From: a virus | IMG/VR virus record: IMGVR_UViG_3300009499_000148 | Coordinates: 32,001 to 96,000 of that record | Strand: one strand, 5' to 3' | Length of the DNA: 64,000 nt | Shown here: in pieces, positions 9,608 to 19,755 of the stretch | How the letters are laid out: each line of letters opens with the position of its first letter | Position numbering within the stretch: position 1 is the first letter of the stretch | Position numbers and translations under genes: made by a program | The notes under the pieces: model-generated | What the model was told of the DNA's origin: nothing | The model's input: the letters and a program-made list of their open reading frames with translations, nothing else | The model's database searches: none

Positions 9608-10383
9608 CCTGCATCGATCGCGATATCGGCGCCCGTGACGTAGCTCGACATATCGCTAGCAAGGAATGCAATCACGCCCTTGAGCTCCTCGGGTCTTCCA
9701 ACGCGGCCCAACATGGTCTTCTTCTGAAGCTCTTCCTCGAACCATCCCCTGTCGTTATCAAAGCTACCCGGCCGTGAGAACGATCCAGGAGAGATGCTGT
9801 TGCAACGTATCCCATGCTTTCCACCGATGGCTGCGATGTATCGCGTTGCCTGCAACATCGCTGCCTTCATCGCACCGTATTGTATCGCATTTCCCATTCC
9901 AGGTGTGTCCCTGTAGATTGCATGATTGGGTGCAACATGTCCAAGCATCGATGCGACATTGATGATGCTCCCACCACCCTGTGCTTTCATCACACCATAC
10001 ACTACCTGTGTCAGCATCAGAGGCCCAACGAACCCATCAGTCGCTGCACGTGTCGCACCGTCGACCGTGAGATTCTCAAAATCAAGCTCCTTGCTCCACT
10101 CATGGCTGTTATTGACTAGAATGTCGATGCGACCCGTTCTGTTGAGAACGACATCAACGATTGATGACATCGGGTCTGCTGTGACGTCAGCGACGACTGT
10201 GTGAAAGTTGCTGACATTGATGTGTGTCGTGAATGATGTGCTCTTACCCCTCGACACGGCAAAGACATCACAGCCAAGCTCACTCAATGTCTCACACATC
10301 GGAGCGCCGAGCCACCCAGTGCCTCCAGTGACTATCGCAGTGCGACCCTTGAGGTCAATCAGCTCATTTATCGGTTTCATCAT
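9592..10383 (-). CDS. SDR family oxidoreductase
   Basis: TGGTGWLG, NNS, YGAMK, NSISPG. Confidence 0.9.
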   Translation of the reverse strand: MMKPINELIDLKGRTAIVTGGTGWLGAPMCETLSELGCDVFAVSRGKSTSFTTHINVSNFHTVVADVTADPMSSIVDVVLNRTGRIDILVNNSHEWSKELDFENLTVDGATRAATDGFVGPLMLTQVVYGVMKAQGGGSIINVASMLGHVAPNHAIYRDTPGMGNAIQYGAMKAAMLQATRYIAAIGGKHGIRCNSISPGSFSRPGSFDNDRGWFEEELQKKTMLGRVGRPEELKGVIAFLASDMSSYVTGADIAIDAGWRAW

Positions 10384-11191
10384 ACCCAAGAATTCTATTA
10401 ACAAATGCAACGTTGTTCATGAAAAGCTCTTTCTCTTTGCCGTTCTCACCGCGTGCTGTCTGAAACGTCACATACTCTACACATGGCCATCCCTTGATGT
10501 ACTCGATATCATCCAACGAGGTGTTTCCCTGACCGAGTGGCACTGTCGAACCAAGCCTCTTTGAAAAATCCTTCACATGAACATTATCAACCCATTTGCT
10601 GACATGCTTATCGTAATCTGTGATGTAGATGCCGTGCTTCGTCATGTTTCCCGTGTCCATCGTGATACGAAAAACATCATCATGCTTGTTCAAGAGCTGC
10701 ATCATCGCCTCTAACGTGTACGGGTCGAGGTCTGTCTCTAAAGAGAACGTGATGCCTTTCCATATCCTAGCGACATTGACGAGCTCCATCATCACGCAAA
10801 GCATGAGTGATGTATCGTGTGCAAGCGATGCCTTCTCAAGGAATGGAAGCACAAGCTTTCTGATGTGTTGCTTCTGCAACGTTACACATGCATCAGCCAA
10901 CACTCTGCTTCTGAACGATGACGATATGAACTCATCAGATATCAGAACGTCTAGACACACTGCACTGACATCAACGGGTAGCTTTCTCACATCACACCTG
11001 TCAAGCTGCAACACTGACTCACGCTCAGTCCATATCCACTCGATGTGTGATGCTTTGACCTCACGTGCTATGTCAAACTCTTCTTCCCATCGACCCCATG
11101 GAAAGCTCTGGATGAAATCACTCTCCTGTGGAAGAAGACGTCCCTGTATCACACCGTACATACGCGGTGTCGTGCGTATGAAATCACTCAT
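10364..11191 (-). CDS. sugar-phosphate isomerase/epimerase (xylose isomerase-like TIM barrel)
   Basis: GVIQGRL, IEWI, LETD, DTGN, VHVKD, LGQG. Confidence 0.8.
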   Translation of the reverse strand: MSDFIRTTPRMYGVIQGRLLPQESDFIQSFPWGRWEEEFDIAREVKASHIEWIWTERESVLQLDRCDVRKLPVDVSAVCLDVLISDEFISSSFRSRVLADACVTLQKQHIRKLVLPFLEKASLAHDTSLMLCVMMELVNVARIWKGITFSLETDLDPYTLEAMMQLLNKHDDVFRITMDTGNMTKHGIYITDYDKHVSKWVDNVHVKDFSKRLGSTVPLGQGNTSLDDIEYIKGWPCVEYVTFQTARGENGKEKELFMNNVAFVNRILGYDETDK

Positions 11192-11371
11192 CGCTTTTCA
11201 ACATCCGTGAGACGCTGTCAGTGATTGACGACGTCAATGAACCCACAAGAGGTATGTGCAACAGAGAATGTGCATTTATGATATCGATTCGATTGATAAG
11301 CACATTCTCTGTATACTGAATGTTTCGACCTGAGAAGTCAAGGGCATCAGTCATACACACGCCCGACGCTT

Positions 11372-11929
11372 TCATCGATTGTCCTCGTACAGTGCGGCGC
11401 GCCTGGCAGAGCGTTCTAGCTCTGAGATGATGCCGCTAAGACCGAAAATACAATCACCTGAAAGAATCAGCTCCTGCATACCTATGAACGTAGATGTTTC
11501 TGTCGTGTTGAGATTCCAGATACGCTTGAACTGCTTAGAGTGTAGCATGCAAACATCACCCATCGGTTCTCCATCATCGTTAACGATTGCAAAGACGTAA
11601 TACGTGTCATCGCCGTCTTTATTGAATGACTCAACATGGTCGTGTGTAGCAGTGATTGTCGTTCCATTTTTCACAGACTTACAGCTCAATCTTGCGAATC
11701 GCCGACCGTTCGAATAAAGCAAGATGCCGCCGTACCTCTCGTCTAGGCTCGGTATGAATGATGAAAACAGCTGCCTCGATGAAGACTTTCCACAAAACGC
11801 GTCGATTAGTTGTTTAATTGTCACGATACGAACACAATCAACATTCAACTTGGCGCTCAACATCCGCTGCATATATTTTTCAAAATCATGGCCCTGCTTA
11901 GCTCTGCCTGATTCTTTATCATACGTCAT
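11372..11929 (-). CDS. hypothetical protein, possibly restriction-endonuclease-like fold
   Basis: GHDFE...SCKS pattern only; weak. Confidence 0.4.
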   Translation of the reverse strand: MTYDKESGRAKQGHDFEKYMQRMLSAKLNVDCVRIVTIKQLIDAFCGKSSSRQLFSSFIPSLDERYGGILLYSNGRRFARLSCKSVKNGTTITATHDHVESFNKDGDDTYYVFAIVNDDGEPMGDVCMLHSKQFKRIWNLNTTETSTFIGMQELILSGDCIFGLSGIISELERSARRAALYEDNR

Positions 11930-11941
11930 GATGCTCTCCAA

Positions 11942-12154
11942 TCAAATCTCATTAGCACACGTGCGTGTGCATTCATCGCAACAGTTGCAGACATCATCAT
12001 CACAACCGTTGACGTCGCTATCATATGGGCATGGATGACGTTTAGTGCCAGCGTTTATGCCGCACTTTTTGCATTTTCTTTTTCGTTGTCTCTTAACGTC
12101 AATCGGCTTCACACTCTCATCACTGCTTTCATCATGTTTCATATGATTGTCCAT
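11942..12154 (-). CDS. small Cys-rich protein
   Basis: CKKC, HPCPY, CNCCDEC. Confidence 0.55.
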   Translation of the reverse strand: MDNHMKHDESSDESVKPIDVKRQRKRKCKKCGINAGTKRHPCPYDSDVNGCDDDVCNCCDECTRTCANEI

Positions 12155-12822
12155 CCACCGTCAATGATTATCTCTGCACCCGTCATGTATCTGTTATCTT
12201 GTGAAAGAAGCATTCTCATGGCTGGCTCAAGGTCCTTCAGTGAAGCCATCCTACCCATCGGTGCATACGAGCCATATAGGTTCTTAAACTCAATCGGTTG
12301 GTCATGTGAGACACCGCCAGGAACGATGCAGTTGACGCGTATGTCGGGTGCAAGATGCACAGCAAGGATTCGTGTCAGATGTGCAACGCCCGCTTTCGAC
12401 ACAGAGTAACCAACGTGCTTATGAGCGCCGTCATACATGTCTGGTCGAGCAGAGACGATGCCAGTCGATGCACCAAAATTAACGATGTTGCCGTGCTTGT
12501 TGTTTCGTGCATACTCACGACAGACTGAAAAGAGCGACGTGAGATTGACCTCAAGACAGTCTCTAAAGCTCTGCAAAGGAAGGTCGAACAGCGTTCCTCT
12601 CTTCTCACCTGAAGCAACGTGGTCGTTGAATGCGAACAGATTCACTATCGATGATGCCTGGCCCTGCGGAGATGCAAAGAACTCCCTGACATACGCTTCA
12701 TCAGTGAGGTCATGGCCGAGCGCGACATCAAGCTCGATGACCTCCTCAAGCAACGTATTCATTATGAACTGCACCATGTGCTGTCCAATCAATCCCCTAG
12801 AACCTGCAACTATCACAGTCAT
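12139..12822 (-). CDS. SDR family oxidoreductase
   Basis: GSRGLIG, YSVSK, VNCIVPGG, IDGGWT. Confidence 0.88.
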   Translation of the reverse strand: MTVIVAGSRGLIGQHMVQFIMNTLLEEVIELDVALGHDLTDEAYVREFFASPQGQASSIVNLFAFNDHVASGEKRGTLFDLPLQSFRDCLEVNLTSLFSVCREYARNNKHGNIVNFGASTGIVSARPDMYDGAHKHVGYSVSKAGVAHLTRILAVHLAPDIRVNCIVPGGVSHDQPIEFKNLYGSYAPMGRMASLKDLEPAMRMLLSQDNRYMTGAEIIIDGGWTII

Positions 12823-13697
12823 TTTTCGACCTCAATAATTGAAAAATTTTTCGACCTTACATCACTTTCACGTATTCTAACTAATTTTAGACAATGCTCA
12901 GCAAACCATTGATTTTGTTCTTTATCAGTTTGAATTTTTTTCAAAATTACTTTATCTCTAGCAGAACTTGAATTAAGAAGTTGTTCTATCGATCTATCAA
13001 GACCATGCCAATAATCACCATCAACTTGAATATAAAGCTTTTTAGACTTAACATAAAAATCGATCGGCCACTTATGAACAAACACTTGATATTCAACATC
13101 ATCAATTCCAAACAGTTTTTGAAGAAAAATATCTACATGACATTCAGGCTGTGTTTTTTGTCCATATGATGAATTTCGCTTCATCGTTTCATGTTGTCTA
13201 GCCCTAATCGACGGATCATTTTCAATGGCTTTTTTCATAGAAAAGCTTTTTTTCATTTTGACTTCAGGTCTATTTTGAGATTCTGTAAGAGAGATTATCC
13301 GTTTTTCTCTAACAACTGGATCTATCCAACTAATTTTTAGCTTTTCACTTTTTTTGAATCGAACTTCAGGTCTATTTTGTGCTTCTTTATTTGAGATTCG
13401 TTGTTTTTCTTTGACTGTCGGATTAGCTTGTATCTTTTTTGATATCTCAGAACGTATTTTTCTTACACCAGGTTGAGACCAGATTTCTTTTTGAGCTTTA
13501 CTCTTTTTTTCTCGAATATCATCACGATTAGCAAACTCTTTCATTGCTAGTTTATGATTTTTTTTAGCTTCTACTGTTTGACAACCATTTCTTTGTGAAA
13601 GATCTCTAATCTCTTTCCATTTTTCATCATGATGCTTACGATGAATACGCATTCCTTTGTTTGATTGAAAATTTCGAAGACAAATATCACAAATCAT
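12819..13697 (-). CDS. free-standing endonuclease: C2H2 finger, helical repeats, Vsr/DUF559-type nuclease
   Basis: CDIC...H...H, QNRPEV repeats, PE...IDFY...QVDGDYWHG...D..QN; AT-rich. Confidence 0.8.
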   Translation of the reverse strand: MICDICLRNFQSNKGMRIHRKHHDEKWKEIRDLSQRNGCQTVEAKKNHKLAMKEFANRDDIREKKSKAQKEIWSQPGVRKIRSEISKKIQANPTVKEKQRISNKEAQNRPEVRFKKSEKLKISWIDPVVREKRIISLTESQNRPEVKMKKSFSMKKAIENDPSIRARQHETMKRNSSYGQKTQPECHVDIFLQKLFGIDDVEYQVFVHKWPIDFYVKSKKLYIQVDGDYWHGLDRSIEQLLNSSSARDKVILKKIQTDKEQNQWFAEHCLKLVRIRESDVRSKNFSIIEVEK

Positions 13698-14656
13698 CTT
13701 TTATTCCATTCTTTAACTTGACTAATAAAATCAATGCCAACATTTCGTGACCACTGTTGACATATTTGCTGTGTAATCAGCCCCATTGGTTCTGAGTTAA
13801 TACAACCCTTTATCAATTGCCCGTTGAGACGATTACATGGAATAAGATTAGTGAACGTCCCAGTGAAAAATGCCTCATCTGCATTTAGAACATCATAAGG
13901 TTCAAAATTACATTCAATAACCTCGAGACCAAGCACCGGTGCTATGACATCGATGATGTACGTCATGCTACATCCACGAAGCACATTCCTGAGTTCTGGA
14001 ACGATAATCTTACGGTCTTTAATGATGACAAAGTTCGCACCTGTGCCCTCTGCGATAAGACCCTGTTCATCAAGCAGTAGCGCCTGCGCGTCCTTACCGT
14101 AGTGATTGGCCTGGATGTTCGCCAACATTAGATGAGCCCTTGAACGAGATTTCACCTTAGGGTCGAGGTATTGAGACGATATCTGTCTCTGCGGCACGAT
14201 GACAGCATTCGCACCAGTCTCATAGAAATGAGCCATCGTCTTTGCTGTCTTACTGAGAGGCCATGCGTTGATAATCCACGTCGGCTGGCCCCATTCCTCA
14301 CCCTCATCAAGCTCAAATACCTCACGATACACAGGTAGTGGGCCACGAGAGACATTAATCATGAAACGATACTCGTCATCTCTATAATGGGATTCATTCC
14401 TAACCATGACATCATGGATGATATCACGGAGCTCATTTCGCGTCTTATTGATGGGAATTGAAAAGCTTCTCATCGATGAAAAAAGTCTATCGATGTGCTC
14501 GTCGAGTAAGAAATGACGATGAACAAACGTTCGATGCATCTCAAAACAACCATCACCAAACATGAATTGTGAATCAGTCCATGAGATGGAAAGCTCCTCA
14601 TCAGGAAGCCAACGACCATTCTTATAACCGATGCGGCCCGTAGAAATTGGTCTCAT
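13694..14656 (-). CDS. class IV aminotransferase (IlvE/PabC-like)
   Basis: FGDGCFE, HIDRLF, KVK, AEGTGANF, LRGCS, ADEAFFTGT. Confidence 0.88.
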   Translation of the reverse strand: MRPISTGRIGYKNGRWLPDEELSISWTDSQFMFGDGCFEMHRTFVHRHFLLDEHIDRLFSSMRSFSIPINKTRNELRDIIHDVMVRNESHYRDDEYRFMINVSRGPLPVYREVFELDEGEEWGQPTWIINAWPLSKTAKTMAHFYETGANAVIVPQRQISSQYLDPKVKSRSRAHLMLANIQANHYGKDAQALLLDEQGLIAEGTGANFVIIKDRKIIVPELRNVLRGCSMTYIIDVIAPVLGLEVIECNFEPYDVLNADEAFFTGTFTNLIPCNRLNGQLIKGCINSEPMGLITQQICQQWSRNVGIDFISQVKEWNKR

Positions 14657-14690
14657 TGGATGACCCTCAACAAGATACAGTTAAAAAAAA

Positions 14691-15434
14691 TCATCCCTCA
14701 ATCTGCCTCTTCTTCCAATCATCATTACGATACTGATTGATGACCGTCAGCCCAGGATGTTTCATGAAGAAATCGACAATCTCAGAACGAGTGCATCCAG
14801 AGCCAAGGATGCGATGCACTGTCGAAATGACCCAATAATCTTGCTCATAATCAAGCGTAAGACGGATGTCCTTCTCAATCGGTTCAACATAAAATCCAAG
14901 CATCGCCTGCTTCAGACCCGGCAACAGATGCTTCCACACCATCTCAGTGCTGATGTTTGGATTAACGTTGTCAAGCGACGATACTATCGACGACGTCTTG
15001 AATGCCCAGCCATGTGAGCCAAGATACGCATCCATGTTAGGAGCAACGACGTCTAGGCCCCTTGCTTCAAGCTGGTCCATCGACTGCTGACACAACCCAC
15101 CATCAAAGAATGGGTCGTCAGCATCGACTGTGATGAACTGTTTCACACCAAAACGCTCACATGCCTGTGCCCACCTCAACATCTTATTCTGAGCAGGGCC
15201 CCTGTGGATACGTTCTCCGACGATTGGACGCAACATCTTCACAAGAGCATCATCAGAAGAGTCATCTGTCGTCGCGATGATGGGAGAAAATCCGAACCCG
15301 ATGCATCTATGAACGACATGCTGTATCACAGTCGTCGTGCCAAGAGGCAGGAGACACTTTCCAGGAAGCCGCGTCGATGCAGTTCGAACAGAGATGATTG
15401 CATCAATCATTCCCATGCTCCTTCTCAAGAACAC
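14691..15434 (-). CDS. cytidylyltransferase (SpsF/NeuA/KdsB-like)
   Basis: RTASTRLPGK, ATT..SDD, DADDP, RLTLDYEQD. Confidence 0.88.
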   Translation of the reverse strand: MFLRRSMGMIDAIISVRTASTRLPGKCLLPLGTTTVIQHVVHRCIGFGFSPIIATTDDSSDDALVKMLRPIVGERIHRGPAQNKMLRWAQACERFGVKQFITVDADDPFFDGGLCQQSMDQLEARGLDVVAPNMDAYLGSHGWAFKTSSIVSSLDNVNPNISTEMVWKHLLPGLKQAMLGFYVEPIEKDIRLTLDYEQDYWVISTVHRILGSGCTRSEIVDFFMKHPGLTVINQYRNDDWKKRQIEG

Positions 15435-15663
15435 GCATCAGATGCTTGAACGTCGAACGCATGAACGCGGGGGCGGGTGTTGTTGCACCGTCCATCCAAT
15501 GCTTAATCGTCTGTTGCGACACACCCATCTTCTCAGCAAGGTCTGCAAGCTTAAATTGCATCAATGCATATGCATTCACTAACGCTGTCCTACATGCGGG
15601 TGCATCCTCAAAATCAACAGCACGAAGCTCATCCATCAATGCAATGTATTCACTGACATCCAT
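15403..15663 (-). CDS. XRE-type helix-turn-helix protein
   Basis: LAEKMGVSQQTIKHWMDGATTP. Confidence 0.75.
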   Translation of the reverse strand: MDVSEYIALMDELRAVDFEDAPACRTALVNAYALMQFKLADLAEKMGVSQQTIKHWMDGATTPAPAFMRSTFKHLMRVLEKEHGND

Positions 15664-16643
15664 TATGTGAATAACTGTATCATGAATTGATGAACGTTTT
15701 CACTGGCGACATCGACACGATTCAAATGAGCGCCACGGCACATACCAACGATTGCATCAACGTCTGTTTCAAGCAAACGCGTGTATAGGTCATGCTCAGG
15801 ATGTGAAAATGTGCTCCATGGATGCTTGTCTGGGTGAAGGTCAATGTTTATGTACCTACAACCGGCCTCGATGAGGTCAGTGTATGCAGTCGAACCGAAT
15901 CCGACGACTGCGCGTGATGCCAACGCCAGCTCAATGCCCTCCGCGGGATACCACACATCATCCCACACAACAGTGCAGTCTGACGATGAGACTGCCTGAT
16001 GCTTGCGGCGTTGCTTAACAACGACAGAGAATCCATCGTCTTTGAGCGCCGTGATGACAGCGTTTGCTGATGCAACATCACCCGCATCAGGATAAAAGAT
16101 GAGGATGCGCTTTTCATCGACATCAACCCTTGATGCTCCATCCCAGAATGGAATTGGGTGTGGCGGGTGGAGAAGATTGAGACGAGAGCCACGAGAACGA
16201 ACATGCTCAATCATCCATCGTGTCGGACAGACATACACATCACACAGCGCAGAGACGTCATCGTGGTGCCAATTACAATCGAACCCGTGCTGTATCGATA
16301 CTCTCTTAACGTTGCTACTGAACCTCTCTGCAGGAAACTCAAGCGACACAGCGTAATCAACGACAGACGAAGTATCAAACGGCCTAACCTCTGCCCAGGG
16401 ACAGCGTTCACTGACACGGTCGAGCAGCACCTGAAAGTTCTCGTGTCGTGCGAAACCGTTATACTTCTCACTTCGTCTTGAGACATCGAACGACTGGACG
16501 ACATCTGGCATGACATGATGTAGCACCCTACTGAAGGGTATCATGTAGCGAAGCTCAGTGAGCCCCGTCATGATGAACGATGCGCGCTTCATCTCTTTGG
16601 ATGGCCCAATGTGATTATGTAGAGCTGTGGAGATGCTGGCCAA
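15663..16643 (-). CDS. putative GT-B fold transferase (sialyltransferase/CDP-glycerol transferase-like)
   Basis: IQHG, VVKQR, GSTAY motifs; adjacent to the cytidylyltransferase. Confidence 0.5.
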   Translation of the reverse strand: MASISTALHNHIGPSKEMKRASFIMTGLTELRYMIPFSRVLHHVMPDVVQSFDVSRRSEKYNGFARHENFQVLLDRVSERCPWAEVRPFDTSSVVDYAVSLEFPAERFSSNVKRVSIQHGFDCNWHHDDVSALCDVYVCPTRWMIEHVRSRGSRLNLLHPPHPIPFWDGASRVDVDEKRILIFYPDAGDVASANAVITALKDDGFSVVVKQRRKHQAVSSSDCTVVWDDVWYPAEGIELALASRAVVGFGSTAYTDLIEAGCRYINIDLHPDKHPWSTFSHPEHDLYTRLLETDVDAIVGMCRGAHLNRVDVASENVHQFMIQLFT

Positions 16644-17227
16644 AGCATCTTGAACCTGATGCGTTCGTAATCGTAATCAACGAGCGCTGGCACCTCATCA
16701 CAGATGATTTTATCAATGTCGGGTGCATCAGAATACCCGAAGCGCCCAGCGATGCTCTTCACAAACGCCTGGACCTCGGGTTGCATCACAAACTCATGAC
16801 GCCATAGGCATGAATGAAGCGTGTTACGTTTATCATACGCCCACTCATGCTCACCGTTCCTGACCCAACCGACCTTGAACGCATCGAAGCGCCAATGGTC
16901 GCCGAGCCCAAAATCAAGCATGATGCGCCCACCAACATTGAGATGAGCATCACACCTATCGATGAAATCACGTGGATTACGTGAAAAATACGGACACCTC
17001 GTCGAGACTATCAGGTCGTACTTTCGCTTGAGGCTCCACTCTGAGTTGATGTCCCACGAACCTGCTCCACCCAGACGAATGTCATAGAAGTCTCTGACAG
17101 AGCCTGGCACAGACGCTGTGAAAGCGTTCTCTCCATCGAACCCCAAGAACGCAGTTGCATCAGACATGACGCCCTCAAGTATCTGTCGATACTCTGCAAA
17201 AATGTATGGGTCAGACTTACCCATCAC
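16589..17227 (-). CDS. class I SAM-dependent methyltransferase-like protein
   Basis: YDLIVS and LNVGG motifs. Confidence 0.6.
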   Translation of the reverse strand: MMGKSDPYIFAEYRQILEGVMSDATAFLGFDGENAFTASVPGSVRDFYDIRLGGAGSWDINSEWSLKRKYDLIVSTRCPYFSRNPRDFIDRCDAHLNVGGRIMLDFGLGDHWRFDAFKVGWVRNGEHEWAYDKRNTLHSCLWRHEFVMQPEVQAFVKSIAGRFGYSDAPDIDKIICDEVPALVDYDYERIRFKMLWPASPQLYIITLGHPKR

Positions 17228-17946
17228 ATGCTACCTGACATGAGACCGTCGATAAAACTGAACTCATACTCACCGACATGCTCATGAAGGAATGCAATCA
17301 GCTCTGTCGTCATCTCACTAGAAAGGTAGTTGCTGTCCCATTCACATGCATGATACATGACCTCGAGTGCATCATCACGCATGACCAATGGCTTCTGCGG
17401 AGGAGCACAGTGATACATCACATGTCTCAAAGATGCATAGGCACCGTCATACGTCTTCATCGCATAATCATCTGGGCTCAATGCAAACAACGTAAAGCCC
17501 CTATCGTGGAATGCACGCATCGCATCAGGGCTCATACGCCATGCAGGAGGCCTGATGATGGGCTTGAATGCATCGATGAGGCCGGCCTTGGTGACACCTT
17601 CGAACATCCCATCGATGACACACAATGCATCGTCGTAGCTCAGGTGCTGTAATTCATCATTATTTGACCTGCCCGGTATCCCATGATGAAGACCATGATA
17701 TGCAAGCTCATAGTTATTCTTGTCTAGACCACGCAACACATCACAGAAGTCGGGATGCTCATGAAGCCAAAGGGGTTCTGCTGTCGCCGTGTGCCCCACT
17801 GTTCTCCAGTATGCTATCGGGACGAACAGCGTGAACTTTACATCAGGAAATTCCTTGATGATGCGCTCACACTGCCGAAGCACACGTATTGATGACATCG
17901 GGTGTGGAGAAACATCGTCTATTGATATGTTCAGAGGTGTTGTCAT
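17224..17946 (-). CDS. polysaccharide deacetylase (CE4/DUF2334-like)
   Basis: SIDDVSPH, TLFVP, HGLHH, RPPAW. Confidence 0.8.
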   Translation of the reverse strand: MTTPLNISIDDVSPHPMSSIRVLRQCERIIKEFPDVKFTLFVPIAYWRTVGHTATAEPLWLHEHPDFCDVLRGLDKNNYELAYHGLHHGIPGRSNNDELQHLSYDDALCVIDGMFEGVTKAGLIDAFKPIIRPPAWRMSPDAMRAFHDRGFTLFALSPDDYAMKTYDGAYASLRHVMYHCAPPQKPLVMRDDALEVMYHACEWDSNYLSSEMTTELIAFLHEHVGEYEFSFIDGLMSGSM

Positions 17947-18818
17947 TTTTTGGGTCTTCCAAACGTCCACCCCAATTCAAGATACTTGTCGACTTCATCT
18001 ACTTTGACATGCTTATATCCAGACATCTCTGGATTCGACATTATCTTTCGACCTGAAAGACTTTCAGTCATTTTCTTTTTATTTTTAGGATTTGAGAATT
18101 GGCGCTTAGTTGCTATACGTTGCTTTTCTTTCGTTTCTGGATTTGACATCGCTAACTTTATTGCATCACTTCGACGTTTTTTAACGTCAGGCCTTGCATC
18201 AGTAACTTTTCTACGAAGTTTTCGATCGGCATCAGTCCACATTTTTCGAAGACCTTTGCTGCGATTTTCTTTTGCTTTTGGCGTCGACAAGCTTTCTTTA
18301 ACAGCTTTTGAATGACGCTCCTTTACGTCTGGTTTATTTAAAGCATTTTTTATCGCTACATTACGCTTTTCACGATTTTCAATACTAGCATTTGCCCATA
18401 CTGCTTTGCTAGCAGCTGATTGTCTAGCCTTTACTTCAGGTAATGCTAACGTTTCTTTCATTGAAAGGCTTAGTCGTAGTAATGCTTCTTCACTCAAAGA
18501 CGAGCCTCCAGCTAGTTTATTATAACCGTACCTTGAATCATTCGTTTTCCATAGTGCTATATGTTCAATTTCTCGTTTATCAAGCTCTTCTCTTGATGAA
18601 CATTCACAAACTAACTGCCACTTGAACCCGTTAAAGCCGTATTTCTTTAGAGCATTATCTAAATGAAGATTATGACCTTTCTTGCTATATCTCTTAGAGA
18701 GATATTTCAATAAATCAACTACTGCAACTCGATTTCTTGTTTGTCCAACATAACGTTTTTGATTTACAATGTTCGTTGCACAATAAATCACTCCATAAAC
18801 ATTAGACATACTTTTCAA
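17943..18818 (-). CDS. GIY-YIG homing endonuclease with helical-repeat tail
   Basis: GVIYCATN...YVGQT, E, GYNKLAGG; RPDVK repeats; C-terminal GWTFGR. Confidence 0.88.
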   Translation of the reverse strand: MKSMSNVYGVIYCATNIVNQKRYVGQTRNRVAVVDLLKYLSKRYSKKGHNLHLDNALKKYGFNGFKWQLVCECSSREELDKREIEHIALWKTNDSRYGYNKLAGGSSLSEEALLRLSLSMKETLALPEVKARQSAASKAVWANASIENREKRNVAIKNALNKPDVKERHSKAVKESLSTPKAKENRSKGLRKMWTDADRKLRRKVTDARPDVKKRRSDAIKLAMSNPETKEKQRIATKRQFSNPKNKKKMTESLSGRKIMSNPEMSGYKHVKVDEVDKYLELGWTFGRPKK

Positions 18819-19755
18819 TTAACTCCACTAATGATTGACCAGCGCTTTTTCTAATATTATAAACAGGAAAATTTCCAGCATTGACACGATTTGCTAGTGT
18901 TGATAATGCTGTCTCGAACGACTCATTGAATGATTCTCCACAATTTCTGACATACTCTGGGATGCTTCCTCCATTCATATGATAAAGGATGGGAAGGCCA
19001 CAAGCCATCGCCTCTAGAACGTGGTTGGCGCCTGCCTCTTCCTCAGACGCTGTCACATACACATCATGCATCGGAAGAGACCTCGCAAGCTCATCGACGT
19101 CTAACACACCAGATGATGTGAATGTTGCCGTATCGGGTGCACGTCCGTAGAACGTGAACGTGTGCCCATTGTTCTTACACCACGCATCGAGCTCATTGTA
19201 GAACGCGAAGCCCTTCTTCGGGTTCATCGACCAATGATGCGTCACGAACCTGATGTTCTTCTGAGGAATTGGACGACTCACACGTCTATGTGCAAAGAAC
19301 GCTGGATTGGGTGAATTCCAAATGACAGCATAGTCATTCATCATCTTTCCTAGCTTGAAAAGACTGTCATTGACCATCGTGGAGCACCACTCACTTGGAA
19401 ATATCACGAAGTCAGACACGGGTGCAGTTCGAATGACGAGGTTTCTCAACTCTGGTTTCCCATGTGTTCCAATGTCTCCGACGCGCTGCACGATGAACGG
19501 TCGCTGTGATGCATTCGGGAAGATTGCCATGATTGCATCGTGTGAAAGCTCATCACTCGTTGCACCCTGTCGTGGGTCCATGCAGAAAATGACATCGACA
19601 CGTGCATCATCACGGAATGCATCTGATAATGAAAAGATGACATCATGACCAGCTGCACGTGCCTCATTGATGAATGACTGGAGGATGCGATTACCTCCTC
19701 CCCACGGGCCAGTGACCGGCTTGCGATTGCAGTATATCGTTAGTCTTGTTGTCAT
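18802..19755 (-). CDS. GT4 family glycosyltransferase
   Basis: GPWGGGN, KKGF, EAGANHVLEAMACGLP. Confidence 0.88.
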   Translation of the reverse strand: MTTRLTIYCNRKPVTGPWGGGNRILQSFINEARAAGHDVIFSLSDAFRDDARVDVIFCMDPRQGATSDELSHDAIMAIFPNASQRPFIVQRVGDIGTHGKPELRNLVIRTAPVSDFVIFPSEWCSTMVNDSLFKLGKMMNDYAVIWNSPNPAFFAHRRVSRPIPQKNIRFVTHHWSMNPKKGFAFYNELDAWCKNNGHTFTFYGRAPDTATFTSSGVLDVDELARSLPMHDVYVTASEEEAGANHVLEAMACGLPILYHMNGGSIPEYVRNCGESFNESFETALSTLANRVNAGNFPVYNIRKSAGQSLVELIEKYV

